Virus record (IMG/VR): IMGVR_UViG_644736365_000004
Strand: one strand, 5' to 3'
Source of the DNA: a virus
Lineage: Duplodnaviria > Heunggongvirae > Uroviricota > Caudoviricetes
Length of the DNA stretch: 30,979 bases
The notes below the pieces were generated by a model. The model had not been told where the DNA came from. It was given only the letters and a program-made list of their open reading frames with translations, and made no database searches. Shown here one piece after another: positions 8,239 through 17,668 of the stretch (position 1 is the stretch's first letter; each line of letters starts with the position of its first letter). Position numbers and translations under genes: made by a program.

Positions 8239-8445
8239 ATGGATCTTTTGGAAGCGTCGGCACAGCTGGAGCGCATTGAGTTATTGGCCAAAATTGCCCA
8301 TGTGTACGAAAGTAACCAGAGAGAAAAAACAATCGCTTTGGCCTGGATTGGTGAGATTGCTGGAGAAATGCGGGAGATGGTCAGAACAGAAGCTAAAAAC
8401 CCCCAGGAAGGGGGCTTATCAGGCGGCGGGAGTCGCTTTCAGTAG
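8239..8445 (+). CDS. putative SOS-inducible antirepressor (Tum-like)
   Basis: 68-aa ORF with G-rich RBS, directly downstream of the LexA box. Position after the replication gene matches tum of phage 186. No direct sequence recognition. Confidence 0.4.
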   Translation: MDLLEASAQLERIELLAKIAHVYESNQREKTIALAWIGEIAGEMREMVRTEAKNPQEGGLSGGGSRFQ

Positions 8446-8688
8446 GTCTAATGCCATTTGGCGCTGATCGGGTGAAAGTGCATTCAGTATTTTCTGCACC
8501 ATCGCATCACCCGTTTTCGCGCTGGGGCTGAGAGTGTGGGAGAACGTCAGATTCATCACAAACGTATGGCCACACTCCACATCTGAACAGGCGCAGTAAA
8601 TATCCGCAATCTGCCGGTGCTTCCGGTTTGTTTTACGAATAACAGCCTTTGAGCCGCATTCCGGGCATTCGATTTTCAGAACTCGCAT
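8419..8688 (-). CDS. Ogr/Delta-family zinc-finger late transcription activator
   Basis: 89 aa from the ATG at 8686-8688 (MRVLKIECPECG...). Cys spacing C-x2-C-x22-C-x4-C matches Ogr/Delta. The track ORF extends to 8742 but those upstream codons overlap the portal stop. Confidence 0.6.
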   Translation of the reverse strand: MRVLKIECPECGSKAVIRKTNRKHRQIADIYCACSDVECGHTFVMNLTFSHTLSPSAKTGDAMVQKILNALSPDQRQMALDLLKATPAA

Positions 8689-8738
8689 ATTCCATGCTCC
8701 AGCTGTTAAATGATGCCTGGATTTTAGCCTTTTTCGCC

Positions 8739-9800
8739 TCATGCCGCATCCTTATCCGTTGATTCTGTGTAACTTAAATCAAAGTTAAGGTGCAGACGTT
8801 CCGGTATTTCGGGATCGTTGTTAACAGCGGTCATAAACCGGCGCTGAATGGGCGCTATCTCACTTTTCTTGTAAATCCTTTCCGCCTTTTCAACATCCCC
8901 CAGACCGGCAGTGTTCTGCGGGACAATTCCTGCCAGCCCAGCGGGAAAGCGGTGCGCGTTGAGAATGTCCTGCGCACTGATGTTTTTGATGTTGGCAAAT
9001 TCATCTTTTGCGGAGATATCCCCCATTTCAATGAACTTGATCGCATCCCCATCCCCGCCAGGAATGTTCACCAGAATGGTGGAGAAGTTGCCGATACCTT
9101 TGCTGTCACGCAGCTGCTGTTCAATTTCTTCTTCCATTTCATCCGTCATGCTGGGATCGCGTGTATAGAGAATGCCGCCAGTATGAGCGCCGTTGTGGTA
9201 GTAGCGGCGGCGGAAAATCACGGCTTCACTGTTAAGCAATGCCGAGTGTACGCCACCGATATAGTCTGGCAGCCCGTAGATATGCTGCTGCGGGTCGTAC
9301 ATCTTGATAAAAATGATATCTTCCTGCGGCCATACCTGCGGTTCACCGTCCTGTAACACCACATAATCGCCGGGCTGGTCTGTGGCGTTGTCCCTGACTT
9401 TACGGCGGCGAATATACAGGCCGGGTAAAGGTTCCAGGGCAATTACATCCCCCCATCCGTTGCGGATTTTGCCAATCGCAATATCCCCGAAGGTTGTATA
9501 GTCAAACGCTGCGGCTTCCAACTGGTCGTAAGTCAGGCCACCGCCCAGGTAATCAGACACAATCATATTTTTCCGGGCGTGGATGATGCCGCCATGCTGA
9601 CCATTCAGATTGATAAGCTGTGCCAGTGCCAGCCGGTCAATCGGCTGGGTAAAGTGATCGGCGGCATTGTCGTACCAGATGTCGCGGTAATCCGTGCCGG
9701 TGGTCAGGACAGGTTCCGGTTTGCCGAATGTGATGATGCTCATTTTTTTGGACTTATCGCCGCGCGGGTTGCGCTTAACGAAGCGGTTTTTTTTACTCAT
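8739..9800 (-). CDS. portal protein (P2 gpQ-like)
   Basis: 353-aa ORF immediately downstream of and overlapping the terminase large subunit. Size and synteny match the P2 Q-P leftward operon. Confidence 0.8.
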   Translation of the reverse strand: MSKKNRFVKRNPRGDKSKKMSIITFGKPEPVLTTGTDYRDIWYDNAADHFTQPIDRLALAQLINLNGQHGGIIHARKNMIVSDYLGGGLTYDQLEAAAFDYTTFGDIAIGKIRNGWGDVIALEPLPGLYIRRRKVRDNATDQPGDYVVLQDGEPQVWPQEDIIFIKMYDPQQHIYGLPDYIGGVHSALLNSEAVIFRRRYYHNGAHTGGILYTRDPSMTDEMEEEIEQQLRDSKGIGNFSTILVNIPGGDGDAIKFIEMGDISAKDEFANIKNISAQDILNAHRFPAGLAGIVPQNTAGLGDVEKAERIYKKSEIAPIQRRFMTAVNNDPEIPERLHLNFDLSYTESTDKDAA

Positions 9801-11572
9801 GCAGCCTCTTTCCTTACACCCCAGCGGGATTTCGGTTTGTTTTCGTAGTTGAGTGGTTCGTTATGCAGGGCGTGGGTAATTGCCCAGAACGCCTCCGCGT
9901 GGCCAGTGTCCTGGCTGCGGTCAGCGACAAATGTCATGGCGTTACCGCTTTGCGTGGTGGTGCGGCGTACAGCCATAAAGCTGGCCGGGATCTCTTTAAG
10001 GTTCTTGTCCCATTCAATACGCTGACTTTCCACCACGTCCGCCGCTTTCAGTACCAGCTGATTTTTTGTGTTCATGTCGTAACGAATGGCGACGGCCACG
10101 CGCATGGCAAAATGCTGGATGTTGTCAAAAACACCCTGGCCAATACCGGTAACGTCCACTCCCAGATAGGTGAAGTTGTATTTTTTAAACAGGAGTTCGA
10201 TCTGCCTGGCCTGATAGCGGAAGTTCATGCCCTTCCAGTTAATGACCTTCAGAACGCGGAATTTCTCTGCGGCATACATCGGCGGGGCAATAATCACAAA
10301 ACACGACAAATCGCCGCTGCGTGCCGGGTCAAAGCCTCCCCATACTGGCCTGTCACCAAATGGCCGCGCAGCGTCCGGGTTGTGATCCTGCCAGGTGTCC
10401 ACCTCCACACCGCAGGCTTCCAGATCTGAAAAGCTGAATACAGAATCCTTGCTGTCCACGAACACGCACATATAGAGCATGTTGAAGGTGGCAGTGTTGT
10501 AGCGGTTGCGCAGCTTCTCGATGTTGGCCAGGTTGAAGCCGCCCGCAATGGCATCCTCCATCGTGATGACATAGCGCCACTGACCGTCCGGGCAAAGCCG
10601 TCCGCCGTTGCGCATTTCATCAAAGGACGGGAACCGGGCGGCCGCGCGTTTTTTGCTGCCCTGTTTCCATTCCTCACCCGTCCAGAACGGGTAAGCCTGG
10701 TGTGTTTTGGCCGATGGTGTTGAAAAGTAGGTGGTGCGCCATTTGTCATGGGTGGCCATTGCGCTGGCCACTTCGTTAAGCCTGGCGAAGTTAGGCACCC
10801 AGAAATATTCGTCACAGTACAGGTGGCCACTGTAGGACTGTGCCGTGTTTTTGTTGGTTGAGAGAAAACGCAGTTCAGCGCCATTGCTGAGGCGGATCGG
10901 GTTGCCGGTCAGCGTGATGCCAAAATACTGCTCTGCAATGTTGACGATGTAAGACCGGAAGTATTCCGCCTGGACTTTGGAGGCTGACAGGAAGATTTGC
11001 GGATCGCCTGTCATGACCGCGTTTTCAAAGGCTTCAAATGCAAAGTACCAGGTGGCACCGATCTGGCGGCTTTTAAGGATGTTCCTGACCTGCTGGCCAA
11101 TATTCCTGCGCAGGTGTTTCTGGTATTCAAAAAGATGTTCATCCGCCCAGGTGTCAAAATCCGCCTGAGTCAGAGAAGAAATATCGTTTTTCCTGTTTTT
11201 GCGTTTGGGGCGCGGTTCATCGCTGTTACTGTCCCGCTCAGCTGCCTGACCGTTACTCTGGCCGCTGGCCATCTTTTCTTTATGCTTATTGCTTTGAGCA
11301 CGCAGCTTTGTGGCGTGGGCAATCAGCATGTCCATTTCTTTCAGGTCGAGATCGGTTTTATTATCGCGGCTGGCCAGCAGCTGGTAGCGGCGTTCGATTG
11401 CCTCCTCTGTACTTTCAAAACTGAGTAAATCAGCCCAGCTGTATTTCTCAGCCCAGTAGTAAACGATCCGCGCATTCGGCAGATTTAATTCTGATGCAAT
11501 TTCTTTTGGCGTATAGCGGCGCAAATAAAGTGCGCGGACAACGCCTTTTAGTTCTTCTGAGTATTTAGCCAT
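9797..11572 (-). CDS. terminase large (ATPase) subunit (P2 gpP-like)
   Basis: 591-aa ORF divergent from the scaffold gene. Contains LKSRQIGATWYFA, a motif I recall from P2-type terminases. Length matches gpP. Confidence 0.85.
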   Translation of the reverse strand: MAKYSEELKGVVRALYLRRYTPKEIASELNLPNARIVYYWAEKYSWADLLSFESTEEAIERRYQLLASRDNKTDLDLKEMDMLIAHATKLRAQSNKHKEKMASGQSNGQAAERDSNSDEPRPKRKNRKNDISSLTQADFDTWADEHLFEYQKHLRRNIGQQVRNILKSRQIGATWYFAFEAFENAVMTGDPQIFLSASKVQAEYFRSYIVNIAEQYFGITLTGNPIRLSNGAELRFLSTNKNTAQSYSGHLYCDEYFWVPNFARLNEVASAMATHDKWRTTYFSTPSAKTHQAYPFWTGEEWKQGSKKRAAARFPSFDEMRNGGRLCPDGQWRYVITMEDAIAGGFNLANIEKLRNRYNTATFNMLYMCVFVDSKDSVFSFSDLEACGVEVDTWQDHNPDAARPFGDRPVWGGFDPARSGDLSCFVIIAPPMYAAEKFRVLKVINWKGMNFRYQARQIELLFKKYNFTYLGVDVTGIGQGVFDNIQHFAMRVAVAIRYDMNTKNQLVLKAADVVESQRIEWDKNLKEIPASFMAVRRTTTQSGNAMTFVADRSQDTGHAEAFWAITHALHNEPLNYENKPKSRWGVRKEAA

Positions 11573-11627
11573 GCGGATAATTATGCCGTGGCTGTTATGA
11601 AAAAACGGTGGTGTTAATTCGCGTCTG

Positions 11628-11650
11628 TTCGGTAATACGTGATAACCGAA
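11628..11650. promoter_or_regulatory. dyad symmetry element in the divergent late promoter region
   Basis: TTCGGTAA-N7-TAACCGAA (7 of 8 arm positions complementary), flanked by CTGTTC direct repeats (11625-11630 and 11651-11656), in the 161-bp region between the terminase and scaffold starts. Confidence 0.3.
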
Positions 11651-11733
11651 CTGTTCAGAATAAAGCGTGATGCGGTGGTGGTTTTATTTGGCAATAATTG
11701 ATTTGCAGCGTCGGTGAATAAATCAGGGGGGAT

Positions 11734-12537
11734 ATGTCGCATTTAAAAACTGACTGGCTGTGTGTTGCTACCGAAGGGGATACCGTTGACGGCAGGGATA
11801 TTAAACGCCAGTGGATTATCGATATGGGGGAAACCTATGACTATAACCACTATGTCGCTTTAATCTGGCCAGAACACGAGGATGATTGCGGTAATTTTGG
11901 GGAGGTACTGGAAGCCACCTGGCATGATGGTGAGGACGGACTGGCGCGGCTTTACGTCAGCCTTTGCCCGAATATGCGATTAATATTCGCCAACCATGAA
12001 GATCAGCTCCTGTTCTTCTCGATTGAACCGGAAGAAAACTGGCGCGGTAGTGGGCGTACATACCTCAAGGGGCTGGCGGTTACAGATACTCCCGCCAGTG
12101 TTGGCACCACACGGCTGCGCTTTAGTAGTCGGCGCAAAAAATTATCTAAGCAGGGATATTACAGTTGTGTGATTTCCCGTGATGGAAAAATTAAACAGGA
12201 AATACGAATGAAGAACTGGCAAAAATTGTTTGGTATTAAACCGAAGTTTGAAGATGAAACGCCGCCTGATGATACCGCGCAGGGTGATGATAAGTTACAG
12301 GCGCTGGCCAACGCGGTAAACGAACTGGAAGGCCGTGTAGCCAAAATTGAAAATCAGCTCAATGATGTTCAGGGTGATGTGGATACCATTGCGGAAGTGG
12401 TCGATACCGAAGAATTTGCGGTTATTCGTGATAATGCAAAAGATATCGTTAAACGTTTTAACGATCTGGGTAATAAATCCACCCGTACACCAGGGCGCAA
12501 GATTTCAGAAAAAGCGGGTAAATTTAATTTCCTGTAA
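11734..12537 (+). CDS. capsid scaffolding protein (P2 gpO-like)
   Basis: 267-aa ORF. Motifs VATEGDTVDGR and LKGLAVTDTPASVGT match the conserved gpO signatures (EGDTCDGR, LVGLAVTDDPASLGT) as I recall them. Confidence 0.8.
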   Translation: MSHLKTDWLCVATEGDTVDGRDIKRQWIIDMGETYDYNHYVALIWPEHEDDCGNFGEVLEATWHDGEDGLARLYVSLCPNMRLIFANHEDQLLFFSIEPEENWRGSGRTYLKGLAVTDTPASVGTTRLRFSSRRKKLSKQGYYSCVISRDGKIKQEIRMKNWQKLFGIKPKFEDETPPDDTAQGDDKLQALANAVNELEGRVAKIENQLNDVQGDVDTIAEVVDTEEFAVIRDNAKDIVKRFNDLGNKSTRTPGRKISEKAGKFNFL

Positions 12538-12598
12538 TACGTTCTGACGTTAATTAGTACAAAACATTTTTATTATCGCTTAATCGCGAGGGAGTTTT

Positions 12599-13621
12599 AT
12601 GCACCTTAATAATCGTGCACGGGATTTACTGGATAAATATTCGAGTGGTATGGCGCAGCAGTTTGGCGCACGTGATACCAGTCGTTATTTTTCCCTGAAT
12701 GACCCGCAGGAAAATGCGCTGCGTCTGGCGCTGCTGGAGTCCGTGGAGTTCCTGAACATGATCACCTGTCTGGATGTTGACCAGCTGAGTGGCCAGGTGA
12801 TTTCTGTCGGCTCCTCCGTGCTGCATACCGGCCGCAGTGAAAATGGCCGCTTTGTTCGTCAGGTTGGCGTGGACGGCAATGACTATTCACTGGTTGAAAC
12901 GGACAGCTGCGCCGCACTGCGCTGGGATCTGCTTTCCGTCTGGGCCAATGCCGGTAAGGACGAAAACGAGTTTTACAACCTGGTCCAGGCGTTTACCACA
13001 CAGGCGTTTGCGCTGGATATGCTGCGTATTGGTTTTAACGGTAAGAGCCGTGCCAAAACGACGAATCCAACGGATAACCCGAACGGCGAAGATGTCAACA
13101 TCGGCTGGCATGAGCGTATGAAAACGCTGCTGGGTGGTAATCAGATTATGACCGATCCGGTCGTGCTGGATGAAGCCGGGGATTACAAGTCACTGGATGC
13201 AATGGCTTCAGACCTGATTAACGCCAAGATTCCTGCCCAGTTCCGCAATGACCCGCGTCTGGTGGTTCTGGTTGGTGCCGATCTGGTTGCTGCTGAACAG
13301 TACCGACTGTATCAGGCCGCAGACCGCCCGACTGAGAAAATCGCGGCGCAGATGCTGGGCAGCACTATTGCTGGCCGTCCTGCTGTTATCCCGCCGTTTA
13401 TGCCGGGTAAACGTATGGTCGTCACGCCACTTTCTAATTTGCACATCTACACCCAGCGCAACACCCGTATGCGTAAGGCTGAATTTGTTGAAGATCGTAA
13501 GCAGTTCGAAAACAAATACCTGCGCAATGAAGGTTACGCGGTTGAAGTGCCGGAGCTGTACGCGGCCATTGATGAATCCGCCGTGACCATTGGCAAGGTT
13601 TCCGAACCAGCAGAGGGCTGA
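12599..13621 (+). CDS. major capsid protein (P2 gpN-like)
   Basis: 340-aa ORF with RBS GAGGGAG, immediately after the scaffold gene. Size and synteny. Confidence 0.8.
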   Translation: MHLNNRARDLLDKYSSGMAQQFGARDTSRYFSLNDPQENALRLALLESVEFLNMITCLDVDQLSGQVISVGSSVLHTGRSENGRFVRQVGVDGNDYSLVETDSCAALRWDLLSVWANAGKDENEFYNLVQAFTTQAFALDMLRIGFNGKSRAKTTNPTDNPNGEDVNIGWHERMKTLLGGNQIMTDPVVLDEAGDYKSLDAMASDLINAKIPAQFRNDPRLVVLVGADLVAAEQYRLYQAADRPTEKIAAQMLGSTIAGRPAVIPPFMPGKRMVVTPLSNLHIYTQRNTRMRKAEFVEDRKQFENKYLRNEGYAVEVPELYAAIDESAVTIGKVSEPAEG

Positions 13622-13624
13622 TAA

Positions 13625-14326
13625 ATGGCACTTTCTCCCGCGCAGCGTCACAGCCAGCGCATTGCGATGGAACAAAAGCTGAAACGCAGTCAGGCACTGG
13701 AAACCACAGAAAGCATGCACCTGCTGATTAAGGCGCTGGAAACGGATGTGGAACATGCCCGTAACCTGCCGACAATCGCGGATCGCGTTGAGTTTAAGCG
13801 GGATGTGTTGCTGCCGCGCTGGACACCGACTGTGGAAGCGTATCTGGAAAACGGGCAGGTGTACGCCAACCCGGTATTTGCCTGGTGTGTTATCTGGCTG
13901 TTTGACGTGGGCGATCTGGATAAGGCGCTGGACTGGGCTGACATTGCAATCAGCCAGCAGCAGGCAACCCCGGATCGGTTGCGCAGTAATTTTCCCACGT
14001 TCGTGGCCGATACGATGCTGGCCTGGGCGCAGGAAACATCAGGGCGCGGGGAAAGTGTTGAACCGTATTTCTCCCGCACCTTTGATCGTGTCGCCAGTAC
14101 TTGGCGGCTGCATGAACAGGTCACGGCCAAGTGGTTCAAATTCGCTGGGTTGAGGCTGCTGCGCAACGAAGATGGCCAGACAACGGCAGCGAGTGTCGAT
14201 GATATCGAAACGCTAGAGAAAGCCGATCAACTGCTGGCCACCGCAGAAAAATACTATTTAAAAATCAGCGTCAAAACGGCACGGCAGACGATTGCCGCCC
14301 GTATCCGAAAACTGACGCAGGGGTAA
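13625..14326 (+). CDS. terminase small/endonuclease subunit (P2 gpM-like)
   Basis: 233-aa ORF following the capsid gene. Size and synteny with P2 O-N-M-L. Confidence 0.7.
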   Translation: MALSPAQRHSQRIAMEQKLKRSQALETTESMHLLIKALETDVEHARNLPTIADRVEFKRDVLLPRWTPTVEAYLENGQVYANPVFAWCVIWLFDVGDLDKALDWADIAISQQQATPDRLRSNFPTFVADTMLAWAQETSGRGESVEPYFSRTFDRVASTWRLHEQVTAKWFKFAGLRLLRNEDGQTTAASVDDIETLEKADQLLATAEKYYLKISVKTARQTIAARIRKLTQG

Positions 14327-14422
14327 AGACTACCGCAAGCCAGGCGGACGCGGTGGAGGGCAGAACACTCCGTGTGTCACTGTGCCGTGGAAACCGGTCA
14401 GTCCGCCTTTTTCGGGGGAATT

Positions 14423-14875
14423 ATGTTTAGCGGAAAACCGCTGGATTATCAGGATGAACCGCTGACGAATAACGGGTTCTGGCCGGATCTGAATCTGAAG
14501 GACTTTCAGGCGCAGCGGTCACTGCCAGCCGATATTGACGCGGACACCATCAGTCAGGCGCTGCTGGCCGCTGTTGCAGAGGTGAATGCCGAGCTGGAAA
14601 ACGTGGAGGCCAGCTGGAAAGCAAAAGGCCACACGCTGGCAGCAGATGTTCCGGGCGTAAAAATGGGCGGGCTTAACAGTCTGTGTGCCCAGTACATGAA
14701 AGCGGTATTTGCCAGGGCAAAAGCGGATCTGCTGGGGGAGTTCGCCACTGTAGGGCGACGTGAAACCCATCCGGGACAGGAAAGTATGGAAACCCGCGCC
14801 GGGTTACTGGCTGAGGCTTCAGTGGTTATCCGCCGCATGAAGGGGCTTAAACGTGCAACGGTGAAAAAAGTATGA
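14423..14875 (+). CDS. head completion/stabilisation protein (P2 gpL-like)
   Basis: About 150 aa from the ATG at 14423 (RBS GGGGGAA). Sequence pattern resembles gpL as recalled (xxFxAxRSL, LLAAVAEVNxEL, W...G..L.D.P). Confidence 0.7.
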   Translation: MFSGKPLDYQDEPLTNNGFWPDLNLKDFQAQRSLPADIDADTISQALLAAVAEVNAELENVEASWKAKGHTLAADVPGVKMGGLNSLCAQYMKAVFARAKADLLGEFATVGRRETHPGQESMETRAGLLAEASVVIRRMKGLKRATVKKV

Positions 14876-15378
14876 GCCAGACGCAGCTTGAGAGCCTGAC
14901 TGCATTTTTTCAGCAAAACGTGCCGCCGCGCGCCATGCAGTCATTTGACAGTGTGCTGGATGAAATGAAGTTCATCCCCGCCGCGAAGGACTACGGGCTG
15001 GGACAGTACCGCCAGGCGGTGATTCGCTATGACGCGGTAATCAGCTGGCAGCGTTTCCCGTACCGCCTGTGTCCGCCGCAGTTGCTTATGTCGCTGCTGG
15101 CCGCGTGGCTGGATGAGGCTGACAGGGAATTACTGGATGAAGTCGGCCTGACTGAAGCTGAACCGGACTGGGATGTGTCAGTGGAGGATGAGGAAACCGC
15201 CACCATTGTACTGACAGTTCCAATGGCGGAAGAACTGGTGATCAGGGAGGACGAAAACGGGGCGATCCCGTGGCAGGGGAAACGCTGGTCACTGGTTAAC
15301 CCTGAGGTCTGGATAGCGATCACCGCCAATATTTATGGCGTGGATGAAACCGGTGCGCCGATAGGCGGTAACGAATGA
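14872..15378 (+). CDS. putative tail completion protein (gpR-like)
   Basis: 168-aa ORF translationally coupled to gpL (ATGA overlap). Assigned by position and weak resemblance to gpR. Confidence 0.4.
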   Translation: MSQTQLESLTAFFQQNVPPRAMQSFDSVLDEMKFIPAAKDYGLGQYRQAVIRYDAVISWQRFPYRLCPPQLLMSLLAAWLDEADRELLDEVGLTEAEPDWDVSVEDEETATIVLTVPMAEELVIREDENGAIPWQGKRWSLVNPEVWIAITANIYGVDETGAPIGGNE

Positions 15379-16082
15379 TTGCCGGTGGTGAGCTGAATAA
15401 AAAGCAGCTTGCAGAGTTGCGTAAATCACTGGCCAGCATGGAGCTGTCGCCCAAAAAGCGCCAGCGCCTTATCTGGAGGCTGGCCAAATACGGCGTGATT
15501 GCCGCCGCAAAACGGCACGTTCGCAATCAGGAAGCACCGGATGGTCAGAAGTGGCCGGGGCGTAAAACGAAGCGCAAAGGGAAGATGCTGCGGAACCTGC
15601 CAAAACTGCTGCATATCCGTGAAATGCCAGAAATTCAGGCGGTACGGATCTATTTGCAGGGTGGTGGCTACCGGAACGGGGAAACGCCGGTACCGGCCGG
15701 GACAGTCGGATATGCGCAACAAAACGGGATGCGCGTCAGTGTCAGCCGTCGCAGCCAGCCACGGAAGGTGGAGGCCGGAAAAATGGCCACGCCAGCCCAG
15801 GCCAAAAAACTGCGGGCGCTGGGGTACCGGGTACGCACCGGTAAACGCTGGAAAAAGCCCACGCTGGGCGAGTTAACCAAAACGATGCCATACAGCCGGG
15901 CGGGGCTACTGATTCGAAAACTCAGCGGTAAGGCGGTGAAAACCAGCTGGACAGTGGATGTTCCTGCCCGTGTTTTTCTGGGCATGAGTGACGATGAATT
16001 TGATAACGCGCTGGCGCGTCAGCTTCAGGCCATCGGCTTTGGCTGGGATGTTAAGGCGCAGGATATTAAGGGGAAAACATGA
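15375..16082 (+). CDS. putative virion morphogenesis / tail completion protein (gpS-like)
   Basis: 235-aa basic protein coupled to the upstream ORF (ATGA overlap). Assigned mainly by position. Confidence 0.4.
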   Translation: MIAGGELNKKQLAELRKSLASMELSPKKRQRLIWRLAKYGVIAAAKRHVRNQEAPDGQKWPGRKTKRKGKMLRNLPKLLHIREMPEIQAVRIYLQGGGYRNGETPVPAGTVGYAQQNGMRVSVSRRSQPRKVEAGKMATPAQAKKLRALGYRVRTGKRWKKPTLGELTKTMPYSRAGLLIRKLSGKAVKTSWTVDVPARVFLGMSDDEFDNALARQLQAIGFGWDVKAQDIKGKT

Positions 16083-17206
16083 CCTGGCCAAACGTGACCG
16101 TGAACCAGGTAAACCAGCTGCTGGGTGAAACCAATGAAGTGGAACGCACGCTGCTGTTTATCGGTACGGGTACCAAAAATGTGGGGAAAACGCTGGCGGT
16201 GAATGCCCAGAGTGATTTTGATGCACTGCTGGGAGAAGGGGAAAGCCCGCTGAAAAGCGATGTTCTGGCGGCGCTGGCAAACGCCGGTCAGAACTGGTGG
16301 GCATTTATTCATGTGCTGCCCGCAGATGCTGAGGACGATGCCTGGGTGAAAGCGGTCCTGGCCGCACAGGTGGTGTGTTCGGTGGAAGGGGTGGTGCTGT
16401 CCAGTGATGTGACGGCAAAAGCCCAGGTGAATCAGGCGGCGACGTTACGATCCACGCTGATTTCCAAATATGGGCGCTGGGTGTGGTTCATCCTGGCCGT
16501 GCAGGGAATGCAGGAAGAAGAAGCCCAGGCGGATTACCTGACCCGTGTGTCTGCTATTCAGGATGGTATTGCAGAGAAGGCGGTGCAACTGGTTCCGCGT
16601 CTGTGGGGAAATGAGCCGGGTGTGCTGGCTGGCCGTCTGTGCAGTCGTGCCGTGACTATCGCTGACAGTCCCGCCCGTGTGAAAACCGGGGCGCTGCTGA
16701 ATCTGGGCAGTAATGAAATGCCGGTTGATGGTACCGGGGCGGTGCTGGAACTGGCCACGCTTCAGGCGCTGGAAGCACAGCGCTTTAGTGTACCGATGTG
16801 GTACCCGGATTATGACGGTTTTTATTGGGCTGACGGGCGGACGCTGGATGTGGAAGGCGGCGATTACCAGTCGATTGAAACCCTGCGAGTTGCCGATAAA
16901 GCGGCGCGTCGTGTGCGTCTGCTGGCTATCAGCAAAATTGCGGATCGTTCACTGAACAGCACACCGGGCAGCATTGCTGCACACCAGACGCTGTTTGCAC
17001 GTCCACTGCGTGAAATGTCCACGGCGGCCAGTATCAATGGCGTGTCATTTCCGGGAGAAGTGAAGCCGCCCCAGGAAGGTGATGTGACCATTGTCTGGAA
17101 GAACAAAAAGACGGTGGATATTTATCTGGTGGTACGCACCTGGGAAGTTCCGCTGCAAATCACCATCAGTCTGTTACTGGATGCCAGTCTGGAGGGTGCT
17201 GCATGA
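16079..17206 (+). CDS. putative tail sheath-like structural protein
   Basis: 375-aa ORF coupled on both sides, immediately upstream of a ~150-aa tube-sized ORF. Positional inference only; not P2 FI-like by sequence. Confidence 0.35.
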   Translation: MTWPNVTVNQVNQLLGETNEVERTLLFIGTGTKNVGKTLAVNAQSDFDALLGEGESPLKSDVLAALANAGQNWWAFIHVLPADAEDDAWVKAVLAAQVVCSVEGVVLSSDVTAKAQVNQAATLRSTLISKYGRWVWFILAVQGMQEEEAQADYLTRVSAIQDGIAEKAVQLVPRLWGNEPGVLAGRLCSRAVTIADSPARVKTGALLNLGSNEMPVDGTGAVLELATLQALEAQRFSVPMWYPDYDGFYWADGRTLDVEGGDYQSIETLRVADKAARRVRLLAISKIADRSLNSTPGSIAAHQTLFARPLREMSTAASINGVSFPGEVKPPQEGDVTIVWKNKKTVDIYLVVRTWEVPLQITISLLLDASLEGAA

Positions 17207-17658
17207 GTAAACGTATTTCGGGTATGTCGTTTGATACCTATCTTGACGGCGATCTGATCCACATCGAGAAAATCACGCTCGATATCACGGATAACAGCGC
17301 CGCCGCCCAGACCCGTGGTGTGCCGGATGGTCATGTTGATGGCGATGTGGCCGCAGAGGGCGAAATTGAAGTCAGTTCCAAAGTGCTGGGTGTGCTGACG
17401 GCCAAAGCCCGCGCAGCAGGTTCGTGGCGTGGTATTCCGCCGCTGGATTTTCTTTTCTATGCCAAAGCGGGCAGCGAAGAAATGAAAGTGGAATCGTTCG
17501 GCAACAAACTCCAGCTGAGTAATCTGCTGGATATCGATCCAAAGGGCGGCGGTGTGGCGACGCACAAAATCAAATATTTTGTGACCAGTCCCAAGTTCGT
17601 GAACATCAACGGTGTGCCGTATCTGGAAGCGGAAGCCACGGAAAACCTGATCGGATAA
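17203..17658 (+). CDS. putative tail tube-like structural protein
   Basis: 151-aa ORF coupled to the sheath candidate. Positional inference only. Confidence 0.35.
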   Translation: MSKRISGMSFDTYLDGDLIHIEKITLDITDNSAAAQTRGVPDGHVDGDVAAEGEIEVSSKVLGVLTAKARAAGSWRGIPPLDFLFYAKAGSEEMKVESFGNKLQLSNLLDIDPKGGGVATHKIKYFVTSPKFVNINGVPYLEAEATENLIG

Positions 17659-17668
17659 GGAAGCCGGA

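Noticed and set aside
8147-8467. 106-aa TTG-initiated ORF overlapping the Tum-like ORF
   Set aside because: It starts upstream of the LexA box with a TTG codon and no RBS. The 8239 ATG frame has a G-rich RBS and the expected spacing to the SOS box.
8120-8740. cos site (cohesive-end packaging site) expected near the portal gene
   Set aside because: I looked for a G-rich P2/186-like cos motif between the replication and portal genes and found only a loose GGCGGCGGGAGTCGCTTTC stretch (8423-8441) that does not match what I recall of P2 or 186 cos. Left unannotated.
10294-10884. 196-aa minus-strand ORF and other alternative-frame ORFs inside the terminase gene (also 9863-10429, 10353-10595)
   Set aside because: They overlap the terminase large subunit, whose frame has conserved motifs and correct length. 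These are alternative-frame or antisense artefacts of high GC.
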